Source of the DNA: Arenicellales bacterium
GTDB taxonomy: Bacteria; Pseudomonadota; Gammaproteobacteria; Arenicellales; JAJDZL01
Direction of reading: 5' to 3'
Assembly: GCA_965202855.1 (NCBI GenBank)
Contig: CBDBBP010000004.1
Coordinates: forward strand, 1,225,775 to 1,289,774
DNA: 64,000 nt
The notes under the pieces are model-generated. The model was given only the letters and a program-made list of their open reading frames with translations, searched no databases and was not told the origin of the DNA. Position numbers and translations under genes: made by a program. Shown here in pieces: positions 11,098 to 22,160 of this stretch. The first letter of the stretch is position 1. Every line of letters begins with the position of its first letter.

Positions 11098-12021
11098 TCA
11101 GGAATTAGGATGAAAAATCTTCCCGATGCAAGCAGGGGCATTCAGTTTGACGCGTGCCGCATTTCGAGAAATTAGAACAAGCACCAAAATGGTAATCAGA
11201 TAGGGCAGCATGGATAGAATTTGAGCAGGCAATCGGACACCAATACCCTGTAGATGGAGCTGCAAGATGGTAACTGCACCAAACAAATATGCTCCGATCA
11301 GAACGCGACCGGGCTTCCACGTCGCAAACACCACGAGTGCGAGTGCGATCCAACCTCGGCCTGCCGTCATATGTTCAACCCACATCGGTGTATACGAAAT
11401 AGATAGAAACGCACCACCTAAACCAGCCATCGCGCCACCGAACATCACCGCCAGAAAACGAATTTTGATCACGGGGTAACCAATAGAATGTGCCGCGTCA
11501 TGCGATTCACCGACAGCACGAAGTATCAATCCAGACTTTGAGTGATTGAGAAACCAGTGCACGGCAATGACCATGATCACAGAAAAATAAATGAGCACAT
11601 CCTGTGAAAACAGCAGCGGCCCAAGCAGAGGAATGTCACCCAAAACGGGAATATCGAGAGCAGGCAGTTTGTCAATTGGCAGACCGATGAAAGGAATGCC
11701 GATCAGTGAACTGACACCAATTCCGAACAAGGTAAGCGCTAATCCAGATGCAACCTGATTGGCCAAAAATATGAGTGTCAATATTCCAAACAATAATGAC
11801 ATTGTGATTCCGGCGATTGCCCCGGCAAATATCCCAATGGCCCAGCTACCGGTTGTCAAAGTTGCAATAAAAGCGCATACCGCGCCGACGATCATCATTC
11901 CCTCCACACCCAGATTCAGCACCCCGGATTTTTCGACAATAAGTTCTCCAGTGGCGGCGAGCAACAACGGTGTCGCAGCGCTTACAACAGTGAGCAGTAT
12001 CAGTTCGATTGTTGTTATCAA
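11098..12021 (-). CDS. Purine/nucleoside ABC transporter permease
   Basis: EKSGVLNLGVEGMM, AGRGWIALALVVFATWKP; in operon with xdh. Confidence 0.92.
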   Translation of the reverse strand: MITTIELILLTVVSAATPLLLAATGELIVEKSGVLNLGVEGMMIVGAVCAFIATLTTGSWAIGIFAGAIAGITMSLLFGILTLIFLANQVASGLALTLFGIGVSSLIGIPFIGLPIDKLPALDIPVLGDIPLLGPLLFSQDVLIYFSVIMVIAVHWFLNHSKSGLILRAVGESHDAAHSIGYPVIKIRFLAVMFGGAMAGLGGAFLSISYTPMWVEHMTAGRGWIALALVVFATWKPGRVLIGAYLFGAVTILQLHLQGIGVRLPAQILSMLPYLITILVLVLISRNAARVKLNAPACIGKIFHPNS

Positions 12022-12041
12022 GTCTTTTCTTCCAACTTCAA

Positions 12042-13151
12042 TTAACTTGTCGCTCTTGCCATTCTGAACTCAAGACGATAATTGACAAATAAATCAGACG
12101 CCAATAGAAAAAACAGAAGCATTCCCTGAAAGACACCGGCGATACCCAACGGTAATCCAAGCTTAATTTGCACGAATTCTCCACCTAAATATGAAAGTGC
12201 AAGAACTAGGCTGGCGAACAAAATGCCCACAGGGTGGAGCCTTCCTAAAAAGGCGACAATAATCGCAGCAAATCCGTAACCAGGTGAAATATTCGGTTGC
12301 AACTGACCAATCAAACCCGAGACTTCAATCATGCCCGCCAACCCTGCGAGTCCTCCGGCTCCAAGCAACACAAACCAAATCATTCGATTGGACTGAACCC
12401 CACAGTAGCGAGCAGCATCCGGTGCCAAACCAGTCACTTTCAGCTGAAATCCGGTTATCGTTCTGGATAAAACTATCCACCCTGTCGCGACTACAAGTAA
12501 TGATAAAAAGACACCAGCGTGCAATCTCGTCCCGCTTAATATGTTTGGAATAATCGCAGCATCCTGAAAAACAGCACTTTCTGGGAAATTGAACCCCGCC
12601 GGATCTCGCCAGGGACCATGAACCAAAGCACTCAGAAATAGGATTGCGACGTAAACCAATAGCAAACTTGTGAGAATTTCATTGGTGTTGAATTTCGTCT
12701 TCAGAAAAGCTGGAATCGCGGCCCAGGCCATCCCGCCCAATACACCCATAATTAAAACGGCCGGCAACATGAGTGCATTATTCCAGTCAGGGAAGTAGAT
12801 CACGAGTGCGCCCCCGGCAATCGCTCCAACGGTCAACTGCCCTTCCGCGCCAATATTCCAAACATTCGCACGAAATCCCATCGACAATCCAACGGCAATC
12901 ATTGCGAGCGGAGAGGCTTTCACGATCAGCTCACAGAATCCGTACAAATCGCTAATCGGACTTATAAAAAACGTGTGAAGCGTTTGAAGTGGGGGATACC
13001 CCAACAATAGGAAGAGAACACTGCCGGACAACAGACTTAGGAACAGCGCCAACAGAGGTGTCAACCAAATCATTGGTTGGGAATGGGATTGTCTTTTGAC
13101 TAGTTTAACCTTCACTCGCTGTCCCTGCCGTTTCCTCAATTTTTGCGCCAC
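12042..13151 (-). CDS. Purine/nucleoside ABC transporter permease
   Basis: NIGAEGQ, NEILTSLLL, GYGFAAIIVAFLGRLHP. Confidence 0.92.
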   Translation of the reverse strand: MAQKLRKRQGQRVKVKLVKRQSHSQPMIWLTPLLALFLSLLSGSVLFLLLGYPPLQTLHTFFISPISDLYGFCELIVKASPLAMIAVGLSMGFRANVWNIGAEGQLTVGAIAGGALVIYFPDWNNALMLPAVLIMGVLGGMAWAAIPAFLKTKFNTNEILTSLLLVYVAILFLSALVHGPWRDPAGFNFPESAVFQDAAIIPNILSGTRLHAGVFLSLLVVATGWIVLSRTITGFQLKVTGLAPDAARYCGVQSNRMIWFVLLGAGGLAGLAGMIEVSGLIGQLQPNISPGYGFAAIIVAFLGRLHPVGILFASLVLALSYLGGEFVQIKLGLPLGIAGVFQGMLLFFLLASDLFVNYRLEFRMARATS

Positions 13152-14643
13152 CCATCAGCAATCCAATTTTTTCAGCGTTCAAAGTTGCAGCGGCATGGGA
13201 TTCTGAAAGTTGCCCTGCAAACATTACAGCAATACGATTGCACAATGCCATCAGTTCATCCAAATCTTGGGAGACAATAAGAACCGCTGTTCCATTTGCT
13301 GCCAAATCCAACAAAGCTTTGTGGATCGCGATTTGTGAACCCGCGTCAACGCCCCAAGTTGGCTGAGAAGCAATCATCACATTCGGATACTGCAGAATTT
13401 CACGTCCGATTAAATACTTCTGTAAATTTCCCCCAGACAAGCTGCCTGCATCGGCCTGAATGCCGGAGTGCCGAACATCAAAGTCATCACAAATCTTCCC
13501 AGCGAACTTGCGTGCATTTGGATAATGCATCAAGAAGTGACGGGTCAAATCGTATTGTTTGTGTCCACTTAAGAATACGTTGTCAGTCAATGACATGCTT
13601 CCCACAGCGCCATGCCCGAGTCGTTCTTCAGGGACAATCGCAACTCCGAGATCACGTCTCTTGCGGATGCCGGATCGACCACAAGCTTCGCCAGAAATTT
13701 TAATCACAGAATCTGAATCAGCCAAGCTCTCTCCCGAAAGTACTTCCATTAACTCTTTTTGGCCGTTTCCTGCCACACCGGCGATGCCGAAAATTTCTCC
13801 CGCTCGCACTTCAAGATCAATATCAAGCAGCGGCACGCTTCGTTCGCTTTCCGCAGATCGAGATAAACCACTTACAGAAAAAACAGATTCAGTGGTTTCT
13901 CGGGTGGAATAAACCGGCGGATTAAGAGATTTTCCAATCATCATCTCAGCAAGACTGCGCGCATCTTCCTGAGTTGGATCACACTGCGCAACGACTCGAC
14001 CTCTGCGCAATATCGTCGCATGGTGACAAAGAGTTCTAATTTCTTCCAGCTTGTGGCTGATATATAAAACAGCGCAACCTTGGTCCGCCAATCTATTGAG
14101 CACATCAAACAGTGAATTCGCTTCTTGTGGCGTCAACACTGAAGTTGGCTCGTCCATGATCAGCAGCTGAGGCGATTGCAGCAAACATCGAACAATCTCC
14201 ACCCTTTGTCGTTCGCCGACTGAAAGTGAAAACACATCCCGCTCAGGATCAAGTCCAAGACCATATTGGTTTGAAACTTGTCTGATTTCATCAGCGAGCG
14301 CATCTTTTGTTATGTCCAGATTTACTGCAAGATCGATATTTTCCCGTACAGACATGGCCTCAAACAAAGAAAAATGCTGAAAAACCATGCCGATACCCAT
14401 TTTACGCGCCTGATTGGGACTGGTTACATTGACAGGCAGGCCCTTCCACTTCATGGATCCGGAATCTGCCGCGTGATAGCCGTAAATGATTTTTACAAGC
14501 GTGCTCTTACCGGCGCCGTTTTCGCCCAACAAGGCATGGATCTGTCCATCCGAAACTGATAAATCCACTGAATCATTGGCAATAACTCCTGGAAAAGCTT
14601 TTGTGATGTTCTCCAGTTCAAGTAGAGGTACAGTGGCAGTCAC
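13105..14643 (-). CDS. Purine/nucleoside ABC transporter ATP-binding protein (tandem ABC domains)
   Basis: Walker A GENGAGKS, LSVGERQ, DEPT, second domain LSGGNLQK. Confidence 0.94.
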   Translation of the reverse strand: MTATVPLLELENITKAFPGVIANDSVDLSVSDGQIHALLGENGAGKSTLVKIIYGYHAADSGSMKWKGLPVNVTSPNQARKMGIGMVFQHFSLFEAMSVRENIDLAVNLDITKDALADEIRQVSNQYGLGLDPERDVFSLSVGERQRVEIVRCLLQSPQLLIMDEPTSVLTPQEANSLFDVLNRLADQGCAVLYISHKLEEIRTLCHHATILRRGRVVAQCDPTQEDARSLAEMMIGKSLNPPVYSTRETTESVFSVSGLSRSAESERSVPLLDIDLEVRAGEIFGIAGVAGNGQKELMEVLSGESLADSDSVIKISGEACGRSGIRKRRDLGVAIVPEERLGHGAVGSMSLTDNVFLSGHKQYDLTRHFLMHYPNARKFAGKICDDFDVRHSGIQADAGSLSGGNLQKYLIGREILQYPNVMIASQPTWGVDAGSQIAIHKALLDLAANGTAVLIVSQDLDELMALCNRIAVMFAGQLSESHAAATLNAEKIGLLMGGAKIEETAGTASEG

Positions 14644-14681
14644 GAATCAAACCTAGAATTAAATTAGGAGTTGAGCAGACA

Positions 14682-15743
14682 TCATCCAGCCGTCGACTGC
14701 GCTGGTTCGATTGAGTTTTGAACCGTTTGGCTTTGTTTCAATGCAATTTGACGCTCTTGCAGCAATTGCGCAGCAGTTGACAATGCGATTACAGCAGGAA
14801 ATTTCCCTCTTACACTTTCGATTCCGATCGGACAAACCAAGCGGCTTAGTACAAACGGATCGATTCCGTCTTCAATCATTCTTTTTTTGAATCGCTGTGA
14901 TTTTGTATTCGAACCGATCAATCCCAACCACCCAAACCTTCGTTCCCGCAGAATTTTCAAGCAAATGTCGTAATCCAAACCATGACTATGAGTCATTACA
15001 ACATAATAAGCGCTTGGCGGCTGAACGTTAATGATGTTCTGGGGGCATTCCAGCTGGTGCGCAACCGTATTGACTGGAATTTCAGCCGGAAACATATTGT
15101 TGCGCGAGTCAACCCAGTCAATTTGAAATGGGAGGTCCTGCAACAGTTTAATCAATGCCTTTCCGACGTGACCGGCACCGAACACTACAACTTTCGTAGG
15201 CTGCTCATCGACTCGGGTCAAAAACCATTCATCCTCGCCGTCTTTCACGAGAACACTTGTTGGTTCAAAACACTCCAACAGCCGTTGTGTTTGTTCTGCC
15301 ACGACTTCTGGCACGGTTTCCCAATCATGCTTGGTACTGAGCACAGCCGTCGCCCCATTATCAGATAAAGAACTGACTAAAAATTCAATGCGTTTTCTGC
15401 CCGGAGGGTAAAGCCGATCATAAAGACACATGGCCTCTTGGCCTGAAAACTTTTCATACATCACTCGAACCGCTCCGCCGCAGCACTGATTCATCGTTAC
15501 ACCCAGTCCGAAAAACTCGAGCCGTCTACGCGGTGATTCTTGATCGCTCAGCATATTGCGGGCCTGGTGCATTGCTTCATGCTCGAGATTGCCGCCGCCA
15601 ATACTGTCAAACATGGAACGGCTTGTAACGACCATGCGTGCTCCAACTTCTCGAGGTGCCGAACCGATCACCTCGATGACAGTAACCAATACAAAAGGTT
15701 TGCGTCGCTCAGCACATGCGAGCATTTCGCGTAGCCAGATCAC
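14682..15743 (-). CDS. xdhC: Xanthine dehydrogenase accessory protein XdhC
   Basis: GSAPREVGARM, SIGGGNLE, QCCGG, FGAGHVG, MTHSHGLD, GLIGS. Confidence 0.92.
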   Translation of the reverse strand: MIWLREMLACAERRKPFVLVTVIEVIGSAPREVGARMVVTSRSMFDSIGGGNLEHEAMHQARNMLSDQESPRRRLEFFGLGVTMNQCCGGAVRVMYEKFSGQEAMCLYDRLYPPGRKRIEFLVSSLSDNGATAVLSTKHDWETVPEVVAEQTQRLLECFEPTSVLVKDGEDEWFLTRVDEQPTKVVVFGAGHVGKALIKLLQDLPFQIDWVDSRNNMFPAEIPVNTVAHQLECPQNIINVQPPSAYYVVMTHSHGLDYDICLKILRERRFGWLGLIGSNTKSQRFKKRMIEDGIDPFVLSRLVCPIGIESVRGKFPAVIALSTAAQLLQERQIALKQSQTVQNSIEPAQSTAG

Positions 15744-18064
15744 AAATCGTTTTCCTTTTTATTCAATTTCTGAATTGCCATCAACACTCTTTCAGGTGTT
15801 GCTGGTGAGTCAAGCTTAGGGAAATATTGATAATTTGAGAGACTGGAAATTGCATCTGCAATTGCACAAAACACCGAAATTCCCAGCATCAACGGCGGTT
15901 CTCCCACCGCTTTCGAACGGAAGATTGTATCTTCCACATTCCTGCCTCGATCCCAAATGTTCACGTAGAACTCATCGGGCACATCACCGCTTGTTGGAAT
16001 TTTGTAGGTGGAAGGCGCATGAGTTTTCAGATGGCCTTTTGAATCCCACCAGAGCTCCTCACTGGTCAACCAACCCATTCCCTGCACGAACCCTCCTTCG
16101 ATTTGACCGATGTCAATCGCTGGATTGAGGGATCTGCCCGTATCATGCAGAATGTCGACGCGACGAAGTTGATGTTCACCAGTCAATGTATCCACGGCCA
16201 CTTCACTGACAGCTGCTCCATAACCAAAGTAGTAAAGTGGACGCCCTTTCATTTTCACTTTGTCCCAGTGAATCTTGGGGGTCTTGTAGTAGCCCGTGGC
16301 CGATAACGAAACACGAGCTCGGTGTGCTTGTTTTACAAGCTCTTTAAAAGTTATTGAATGTCGCCCGCCGACTATATTCCCATTGATGAAGTCAATCGTA
16401 TTTGGGTCCACTTTGAAAAGATTCGCTGCGACCTCAGAGAGACGGCGTTTGAGCTTCTGAGCTGCATTTTGTGCGGCCTTGCCGTTAAGATCTGAGCCAG
16501 AGGAAGCTGCCGTTGCTGAAGTATTGGGGACTCGTGATGTGTTGGTCTCAGCAATCTTGATCGATTCGAGCGGCAGAGCAAATTCTTCCGCTACTACCTG
16601 AGCAACCTTGATAAACAAGCCTTGACCCATTTCGGTTCCGCCGTGATTCAAATGTACGCTGCCATCGGTATACAGGTGAATTAACGCCCCCGCCTGATTG
16701 TAGTGAGTCATTGTGAAAGAAATTCCAAACTTGACCGGAGTCAAGGCAATTCCCTTGCGGATGATTGGACTTGTGCGATTAAAGTGACGGATGTCTTCTT
16801 TTCGCTTCAGATATTCGGAAGTCTGCAATAACTCTTCAGTCATTTCAGATAGAACAAAGTCGGTAATTGTCATTCCATACGGCGTTGCGTTCCGGTCTTT
16901 TTTTCCGTAGTAATTCAGTTGACGGATGGACACCGGGTCCTTATTGAGAGCAAATGCGATTTCATCAATAATTCGTTCGATACACAACATCGCCTGCGGA
17001 GCGCCAAATCCTCGGAAAGCTGTATTTGAGACGGTATTGGTACGACATAAATGTGTAGTGGCGGTCAGATTTTTGACGTAATACGCGTTGTCGATGTGAA
17101 GCAAGGCACGACCATTGATCGGACCTGATAAATCAGCCGAATAACCACATCGGGATGCCATGTTGACCTGCAATCCCTCGATCCTGCCGTCGCCGTCAAA
17201 TCCAACGTCATATTTAAAATTGAAGTCATGACGCTTGCCGGTAGACAGCATATCAATATCACGGTCGAGCCGCATTTTCGCTGCGCGACCAGTTTGATTT
17301 GCGACGATCGCGGCAATACATGCAGTTTGAGCGGCCTGAGATTCTTTTCCCCCAAATGCACCGCCCATGCGCCGAACTTCAACGATGATGGAACTAAAGG
17401 ATTTGCCTAGGGCATGAGCAATCAGATGTTGAACTTCGGATGGATGTTGTGTAGACGAATAAACTACCAGATCACCCGCCTCTTTCGGCACTGCCATCGC
17501 AGCCTGTCCTTCCAGATAGAAATGATCCTGGCCGCCGCAGCTCAAGCGACCGGATATTCTGTGAGTCGCATTATGAAGTGCGAATTCACTATCTCCCGTA
17601 TTTACGGTTGAAGAAGGCAGTACAAATTGGCTTTGATGAAGCGCTTCTTCCACAGAAAGTATTGGATCTTCGACTTCATATTCAATTTTGGCATGGCCGC
17701 ATGCGATTCGGGCAGCAATTTCGGAATCTGCTGCCACTGCAAAAACGACCTGCCCCGCAAAATCAACCCGTGACTCAGCGAAAATCGGATCGTCGCCAAT
17801 GCTTGGACTGCAGTCGTTCTTGGCAGGAACTGATTGTGCAGAGAAAACGCCTGCGACTCCAGGTTGTTTTATAACTCTGCTGAGATCCATTGACAAGATT
17901 CGAGCCGATGCATGCGGACTCAGCGCAGGCCAAATGTGAACCAGATCTCGTGGTTCCGGCAGATCGTCTATATAGCTGGCTTCTCCAGAAACATGTCGAG
18001 CAGCACTGTCATGCGCCTTTTCTTGACGCACGATTGAAGGATTTAATCGAGCCTGCTCAAGCAT
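15740..18064 (-). CDS. xdhB: Xanthine dehydrogenase molybdopterin-binding subunit
   Basis: QDHFYLE, RRMGGAFGGKE, AFRGFGAPQ, GTEMGQG, SATAASSG, SKAVGEPP. Confidence 0.96.
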   Translation of the reverse strand: MLEQARLNPSIVRQEKAHDSAARHVSGEASYIDDLPEPRDLVHIWPALSPHASARILSMDLSRVIKQPGVAGVFSAQSVPAKNDCSPSIGDDPIFAESRVDFAGQVVFAVAADSEIAARIACGHAKIEYEVEDPILSVEEALHQSQFVLPSSTVNTGDSEFALHNATHRISGRLSCGGQDHFYLEGQAAMAVPKEAGDLVVYSSTQHPSEVQHLIAHALGKSFSSIIVEVRRMGGAFGGKESQAAQTACIAAIVANQTGRAAKMRLDRDIDMLSTGKRHDFNFKYDVGFDGDGRIEGLQVNMASRCGYSADLSGPINGRALLHIDNAYYVKNLTATTHLCRTNTVSNTAFRGFGAPQAMLCIERIIDEIAFALNKDPVSIRQLNYYGKKDRNATPYGMTITDFVLSEMTEELLQTSEYLKRKEDIRHFNRTSPIIRKGIALTPVKFGISFTMTHYNQAGALIHLYTDGSVHLNHGGTEMGQGLFIKVAQVVAEEFALPLESIKIAETNTSRVPNTSATAASSGSDLNGKAAQNAAQKLKRRLSEVAANLFKVDPNTIDFINGNIVGGRHSITFKELVKQAHRARVSLSATGYYKTPKIHWDKVKMKGRPLYYFGYGAAVSEVAVDTLTGEHQLRRVDILHDTGRSLNPAIDIGQIEGGFVQGMGWLTSEELWWDSKGHLKTHAPSTYKIPTSGDVPDEFYVNIWDRGRNVEDTIFRSKAVGEPPLMLGISVFCAIADAISSLSNYQYFPKLDSPATPERVLMAIQKLNKKENDL

Positions 18065-18068
18065 ACAC

Positions 18069-19514
18069 TTAACTCCAAACCGTCACATTGTTGGTTGTCA
18101 AAACGTCATTGGCAAATCGGTCTAACAGATTTTGCGCGACCAAACTTCGATACTCCGCCGTAGCTCGAAAGTCGGTGATCGGACTGAAGTCCTGTTTAAG
18201 AGCTGATTTTGCTGATTCCAGATTCTGTATCGAAAACCTGTTCCCTAACAATGCACTTTCACAATGATGCGCTCGCAACGGAGTGCCAGCCATCCCACCA
18301 TAACAAATTCGCACCTCCTGCACCACGCTCTCCTTAAATATTATGGAAAAAGCACCACAAACTGCTGATATATCTTGATGATAACGTTTTGATAGCTTAT
18401 AGATTCTAAAGATCTGATTGGGTGATGGCAATGGCACGTCAATTCGCGCAAGATATTCGGTTGAAGTGATGTCCTGCTTGCCATATTCCAGAAAAAAGTC
18501 CTCGATGGGCAATGTTCGAGATCCTAAAGCGCTATTAAGAATCAAATTTGCGTTCAGCGCCACCAAAGCTGGAAGACTGTCACCGATGGGAGAACCGTTG
18601 GCAACATTGCCACCGATTGTTGCAAGATTGCGAATTTGTACCGAACCATAGCGTCGAAACAGCTCATCCAACGACGAGTAGTGCTCAGCAAGCACTCGGT
18701 GGGCGTCACTCACTGAAACTGCCGCACCAATCTGCAGCGTACCGTTAACCCGCTTGATTTCTTTCATGGAATCAATGCTGCCAACATAGACTACAGTTTC
18801 AAGCTGACGGCCTTGTTTCGTCACCCAAAGACCTACATCTGTTGCGCCGGCTACAATGCTGTTTTGAGGATTTTGTTCAAGAATTTCTGACAACTCGGTG
18901 GTTGTCCGCGGCGCGATATATTTTTGATCTTTGTTATGCCAATAAACGGTCTGCGAGTGCATTCTCGACAAAAGTCCAAGCGTAGAGTTTTCAGCCCGGT
19001 CGAACTCGTCCTGTTCGAATGCTGCTAAAGTTTTGCGAGTCGCTCGTACGATTGGAACATAGCCCGTGCATCGACATAAATTTCCCGCTAGCGCATCGTC
19101 AATGGCTGTTTTGCTTGGATCGGATCGATTGTGAACCATGGAGAACATTGACATCACGAAACCAGGTGTGCAAAATCCACATTGAGAACCGTGTTCATCC
19201 ACGAGTGACTGCTGGACCGGATGTAAAGCGCCATCCGACTGTTTCAGGTGCTCAACCGTGATGAGCTGTTTGCCGTGCAGAAATGGAACAAACAGAATGC
19301 AGGAGTTAACCGCCTTGTACGACATTTTTTCGTTGCGGCATTCTCCTAAAACCACAGTGCATGCGCCACAGTCGCCCTCTGCGCAACCCTCTTTGGTTCC
19401 GGTCATCCGCTCAACTTTACGCAGGTATTCCAGAACCGTCATTGTCGGCGAGCCATTTTTTAGGCTCCGAGGCTCGAAACCCAACAAGAACTCGATACTA
19501 ACGCTTGATTTCAC
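18069..19514 (-). CDS. xdhA: Xanthine dehydrogenase small subunit (2Fe-2S + FAD)
   Basis: GTKEGCAEGDCGAC, QCGFCTPG, GNLCRCTGY, GGNVANGSPIGD. Confidence 0.96.
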   Translation of the reverse strand: MKSSVSIEFLLGFEPRSLKNGSPTMTVLEYLRKVERMTGTKEGCAEGDCGACTVVLGECRNEKMSYKAVNSCILFVPFLHGKQLITVEHLKQSDGALHPVQQSLVDEHGSQCGFCTPGFVMSMFSMVHNRSDPSKTAIDDALAGNLCRCTGYVPIVRATRKTLAAFEQDEFDRAENSTLGLLSRMHSQTVYWHNKDQKYIAPRTTTELSEILEQNPQNSIVAGATDVGLWVTKQGRQLETVVYVGSIDSMKEIKRVNGTLQIGAAVSVSDAHRVLAEHYSSLDELFRRYGSVQIRNLATIGGNVANGSPIGDSLPALVALNANLILNSALGSRTLPIEDFFLEYGKQDITSTEYLARIDVPLPSPNQIFRIYKLSKRYHQDISAVCGAFSIIFKESVVQEVRICYGGMAGTPLRAHHCESALLGNRFSIQNLESAKSALKQDFSPITDFRATAEYRSLVAQNLLDRFANDVLTTNNVTVWS

Positions 19515-19861
19515 TAACTGCCTCGATAAGTGGAATATCCGTAGACCGATAAGAGTAGTGGAACATGGTAGTGTTCGTTCTGCTTCGCTATTCCAAACTG
19601 AATTACAACTTCATTTAAAAACTCTGGTTCGGCCTGCTGAATGTTCAATGATCCAAAATACTTGGCGACGTAATATTTAAATTGATAGATTCCAGGGTCA
19701 ATTGAAACTTCCGAAAATTCATTGACGCGGCCGTCCTCATTGGTGAAGGCCGAGCCGATCAGCCTCAGGCCTTCTGATTCGACTCGGTACAAATCCACCA
19801 AAATACCTGAACCTGGATGCCCGTGAGTGAGATCCAACACATGAGTTGTCAATTGAGCCAT
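19514..19861 (-). CDS. uraH: 5-hydroxyisourate hydrolase
   Basis: LTTHVLD, HYHVPLLLS, C-terminal YRGS. Confidence 0.95.
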   Translation of the reverse strand: MAQLTTHVLDLTHGHPGSGILVDLYRVESEGLRLIGSAFTNEDGRVNEFSEVSIDPGIYQFKYYVAKYFGSLNIQQAEPEFLNEVVIQFGIAKQNEHYHVPLLLSVYGYSTYRGS

Positions 19862-19888
19862 TCTTCTAATTCTCCGAAACAGTAATCG

Positions 19889-21091
19889 TTAGTTCTGATC
19901 AAGCAGTTGGCGTCTGTTGAAATCTGTATACCAAGCAGCAATCATAGAACGTTCTTCCTCGGTCATTTGTGAAATGTTTCCAATCGGCATAGAGCGAGTC
20001 GCGACAGATGTAGTAAATATGCGCGATATCAAATCCGTAATCTGTTTGTCGCTATCCATGATGATACCGCCTGGAGCTGTCAGGAATCCGGCCTGCACGG
20101 GTGCTGCTGAATGGCAAACCGTGCAACGTTTGTGAATGATGTCGCGAACCGAGTCAATTGTCACCTGTTGCGCAGAGTCTGTCGTAATACTCGATTTTGG
20201 TGCGGAAAATACGACAATCGCGATCAATCCCAGACCTGCAACAACCAATAGCGGCCACTTTGGTCCAGGCAGATGACGCACGTTGAAGTAATGTCGAACC
20301 AAAATTCCTACCGCTGAAAGACCGATAAGAATCAGCCAGTTCCACGGCCCACTGAAAGTAGATGGATAGTGGCTGCTAATCATTATAAATAGCACTGGCA
20401 GGGTCAAATAATTGTTGTGTCGAGATCGAGTCAGTGCTGATTGCCCGAGCTGACTGTCTGGTTTACTGCCCAATTTCACTGCGTCGACGAGTGATTTCTG
20501 GGAGGGAATGATGACAGCCATGACATTGAGCACCATGATCGTTCCAATCGACGCTCCCACATGAATGAAAGCGCCTCGCCCACTGAGGAACTGGCACAAG
20601 ACGTAGGCCAGAACAGAAAAGTAAACGAAAATCACGAGAGCTAGAATATCTGAATATCGCCTAAGCGGCGAACGGCACAAAACATCATAAACGATCCACG
20701 AAATCACCAAAGAGGCAACCCCTATGCCGATACCCTGGAGTGGAGTCAGGTCATTGAGCGACGCATCAAGCAGATAAATTTCTGCATTCAGGTAGAAAAT
20801 CAAGACGAGTAGCGCGAGGCCAGTAAACCACGTGGCATACGCCTCCCACTTAAACCAGTGCAAATGCGGCGGAAGTTGTGCTGGGGCGACAGCGAGCTTT
20901 CTGACGTGATAAAACCCGCCACCGTGCACGGACCACAATTCTCCAGCGATCGCTTGTGGCTGATTCTCACGTTCCAGCCGATTTTCCAGCCAATTGAAGT
21001 AAAACGATGCGCCGATCCAAGCAATTCCAACGATGAAATGACTCCAACGTAAAACTAACTCAATCCATTCGAAAATATTGAATCCAATCAT
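19889..21091 (-). CDS. puuD: Membrane urate hydroxylase PuuD (DUF989 + cytochrome c)
   Basis: WIGASFYF, WSVHGGGFY, HWFKWEAY, RSRHNNYLTLPV, C-terminal CTVCH heme motif. Confidence 0.93.
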   Translation of the reverse strand: MIGFNIFEWIELVLRWSHFIVGIAWIGASFYFNWLENRLERENQPQAIAGELWSVHGGGFYHVRKLAVAPAQLPPHLHWFKWEAYATWFTGLALLVLIFYLNAEIYLLDASLNDLTPLQGIGIGVASLVISWIVYDVLCRSPLRRYSDILALVIFVYFSVLAYVLCQFLSGRGAFIHVGASIGTIMVLNVMAVIIPSQKSLVDAVKLGSKPDSQLGQSALTRSRHNNYLTLPVLFIMISSHYPSTFSGPWNWLILIGLSAVGILVRHYFNVRHLPGPKWPLLVVAGLGLIAIVVFSAPKSSITTDSAQQVTIDSVRDIIHKRCTVCHSAAPVQAGFLTAPGGIIMDSDKQITDLISRIFTTSVATRSMPIGNISQMTEEERSMIAAWYTDFNRRQLLDQN

Positions 21092-21794
21092 CGGTATCTA
21101 AAGCTGGCTACCCACTTTCTTTGCTGCGCGGAATGCTTCTTTGTCTCTTCTTTAGAGTTGCATTAGAAAGATTATAGGAATTAAATTTAAGGGCTACTGC
21201 AAATGAAGCGATAAGAATGGATTGACCGCAAATTCAAGTTGGAAGCGACAGTTTTGGCTATTGAGCCAAATACACTAAAGAGAAGAATATCAAATCTATG
21301 ACGCAATGTCGGACATTAAGTTTCGAGAAGGGATTGCCAGTTACATCGTGCTGGCTATCGCATAGCTTGGAAGATTAAACAAGGAAACTTCGATTTAGCC
21401 GGCTTCAGTGCAATATTTGAGGTAGATCATTTCTGCAATAACTCATATTTTGGCAGAACAGAGTATAGACCGTGTGCGTTGATGGACCAGAAATGTTACT
21501 CACTCTACAGAATATTGATTGAGGCTGTAAGTAAGTGCCGACAACTGATTGATTGAATGGGCGATTCAGTCATATAGATATAATTGATGGGTCCTTGACT
21601 CTAATTATTAAATCTTCGAAAATGAGCATTCTATAGGAAAATCGAGATTTGATCGAAGATTTTTATTACATCAATGGATTATGAGCTAATTTCTAAAATT
21701 TATGAATTCCAAGACCGGACTTGCAAGTTCATGCTGACTCAATTGAAAATAAAAGTTCAATTTTTTGGTGAAATTTAGCAGAAAGGAAAATTTC

Positions 21795-22160
21795 ATGAAA
21801 AAAAATGTAAAATTCATCGCGATAATTTTATTTTTTGTGAGTTTTCATGCTTTTGGGGATGGCGCTCTTGCAATTGATAAAAACCACGGCGAGAATTACG
21901 GTTGGGCGGTTAACTTCTCTACGACATCTGAAGCTCAATCACGAGCTCTGGACCAGTGCGGGTTTGGTTGTTACATTGTCGTTACGTTTTCTGGTGGCTG
22001 TGCTGCCTACGCTGCAGATCAAGCTTACGGAAGTATGATATACGGCTATGCCTATGGGTTTCCTACTCGTACAGATGCGGAATCTGGCGCGCTGAATGAA
22101 TGCAGGAAAAGAGGAGGGGAAATTTGTAGGATTCGGGTTTGGGGATGCGAAGATTATTGA
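21795..22160 (+). CDS. Secreted DUF4189 domain protein
   Basis: Signal peptide, then GALA..YGWA..A...AL..C...C repeated twice, ending CRIRVWGC. Confidence 0.85.
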   Translation: MKKNVKFIAIILFFVSFHAFGDGALAIDKNHGENYGWAVNFSTTSEAQSRALDQCGFGCYIVVTFSGGCAAYAADQAYGSMIYGYAYGFPTRTDAESGALNECRKRGGEICRIRVWGCEDY

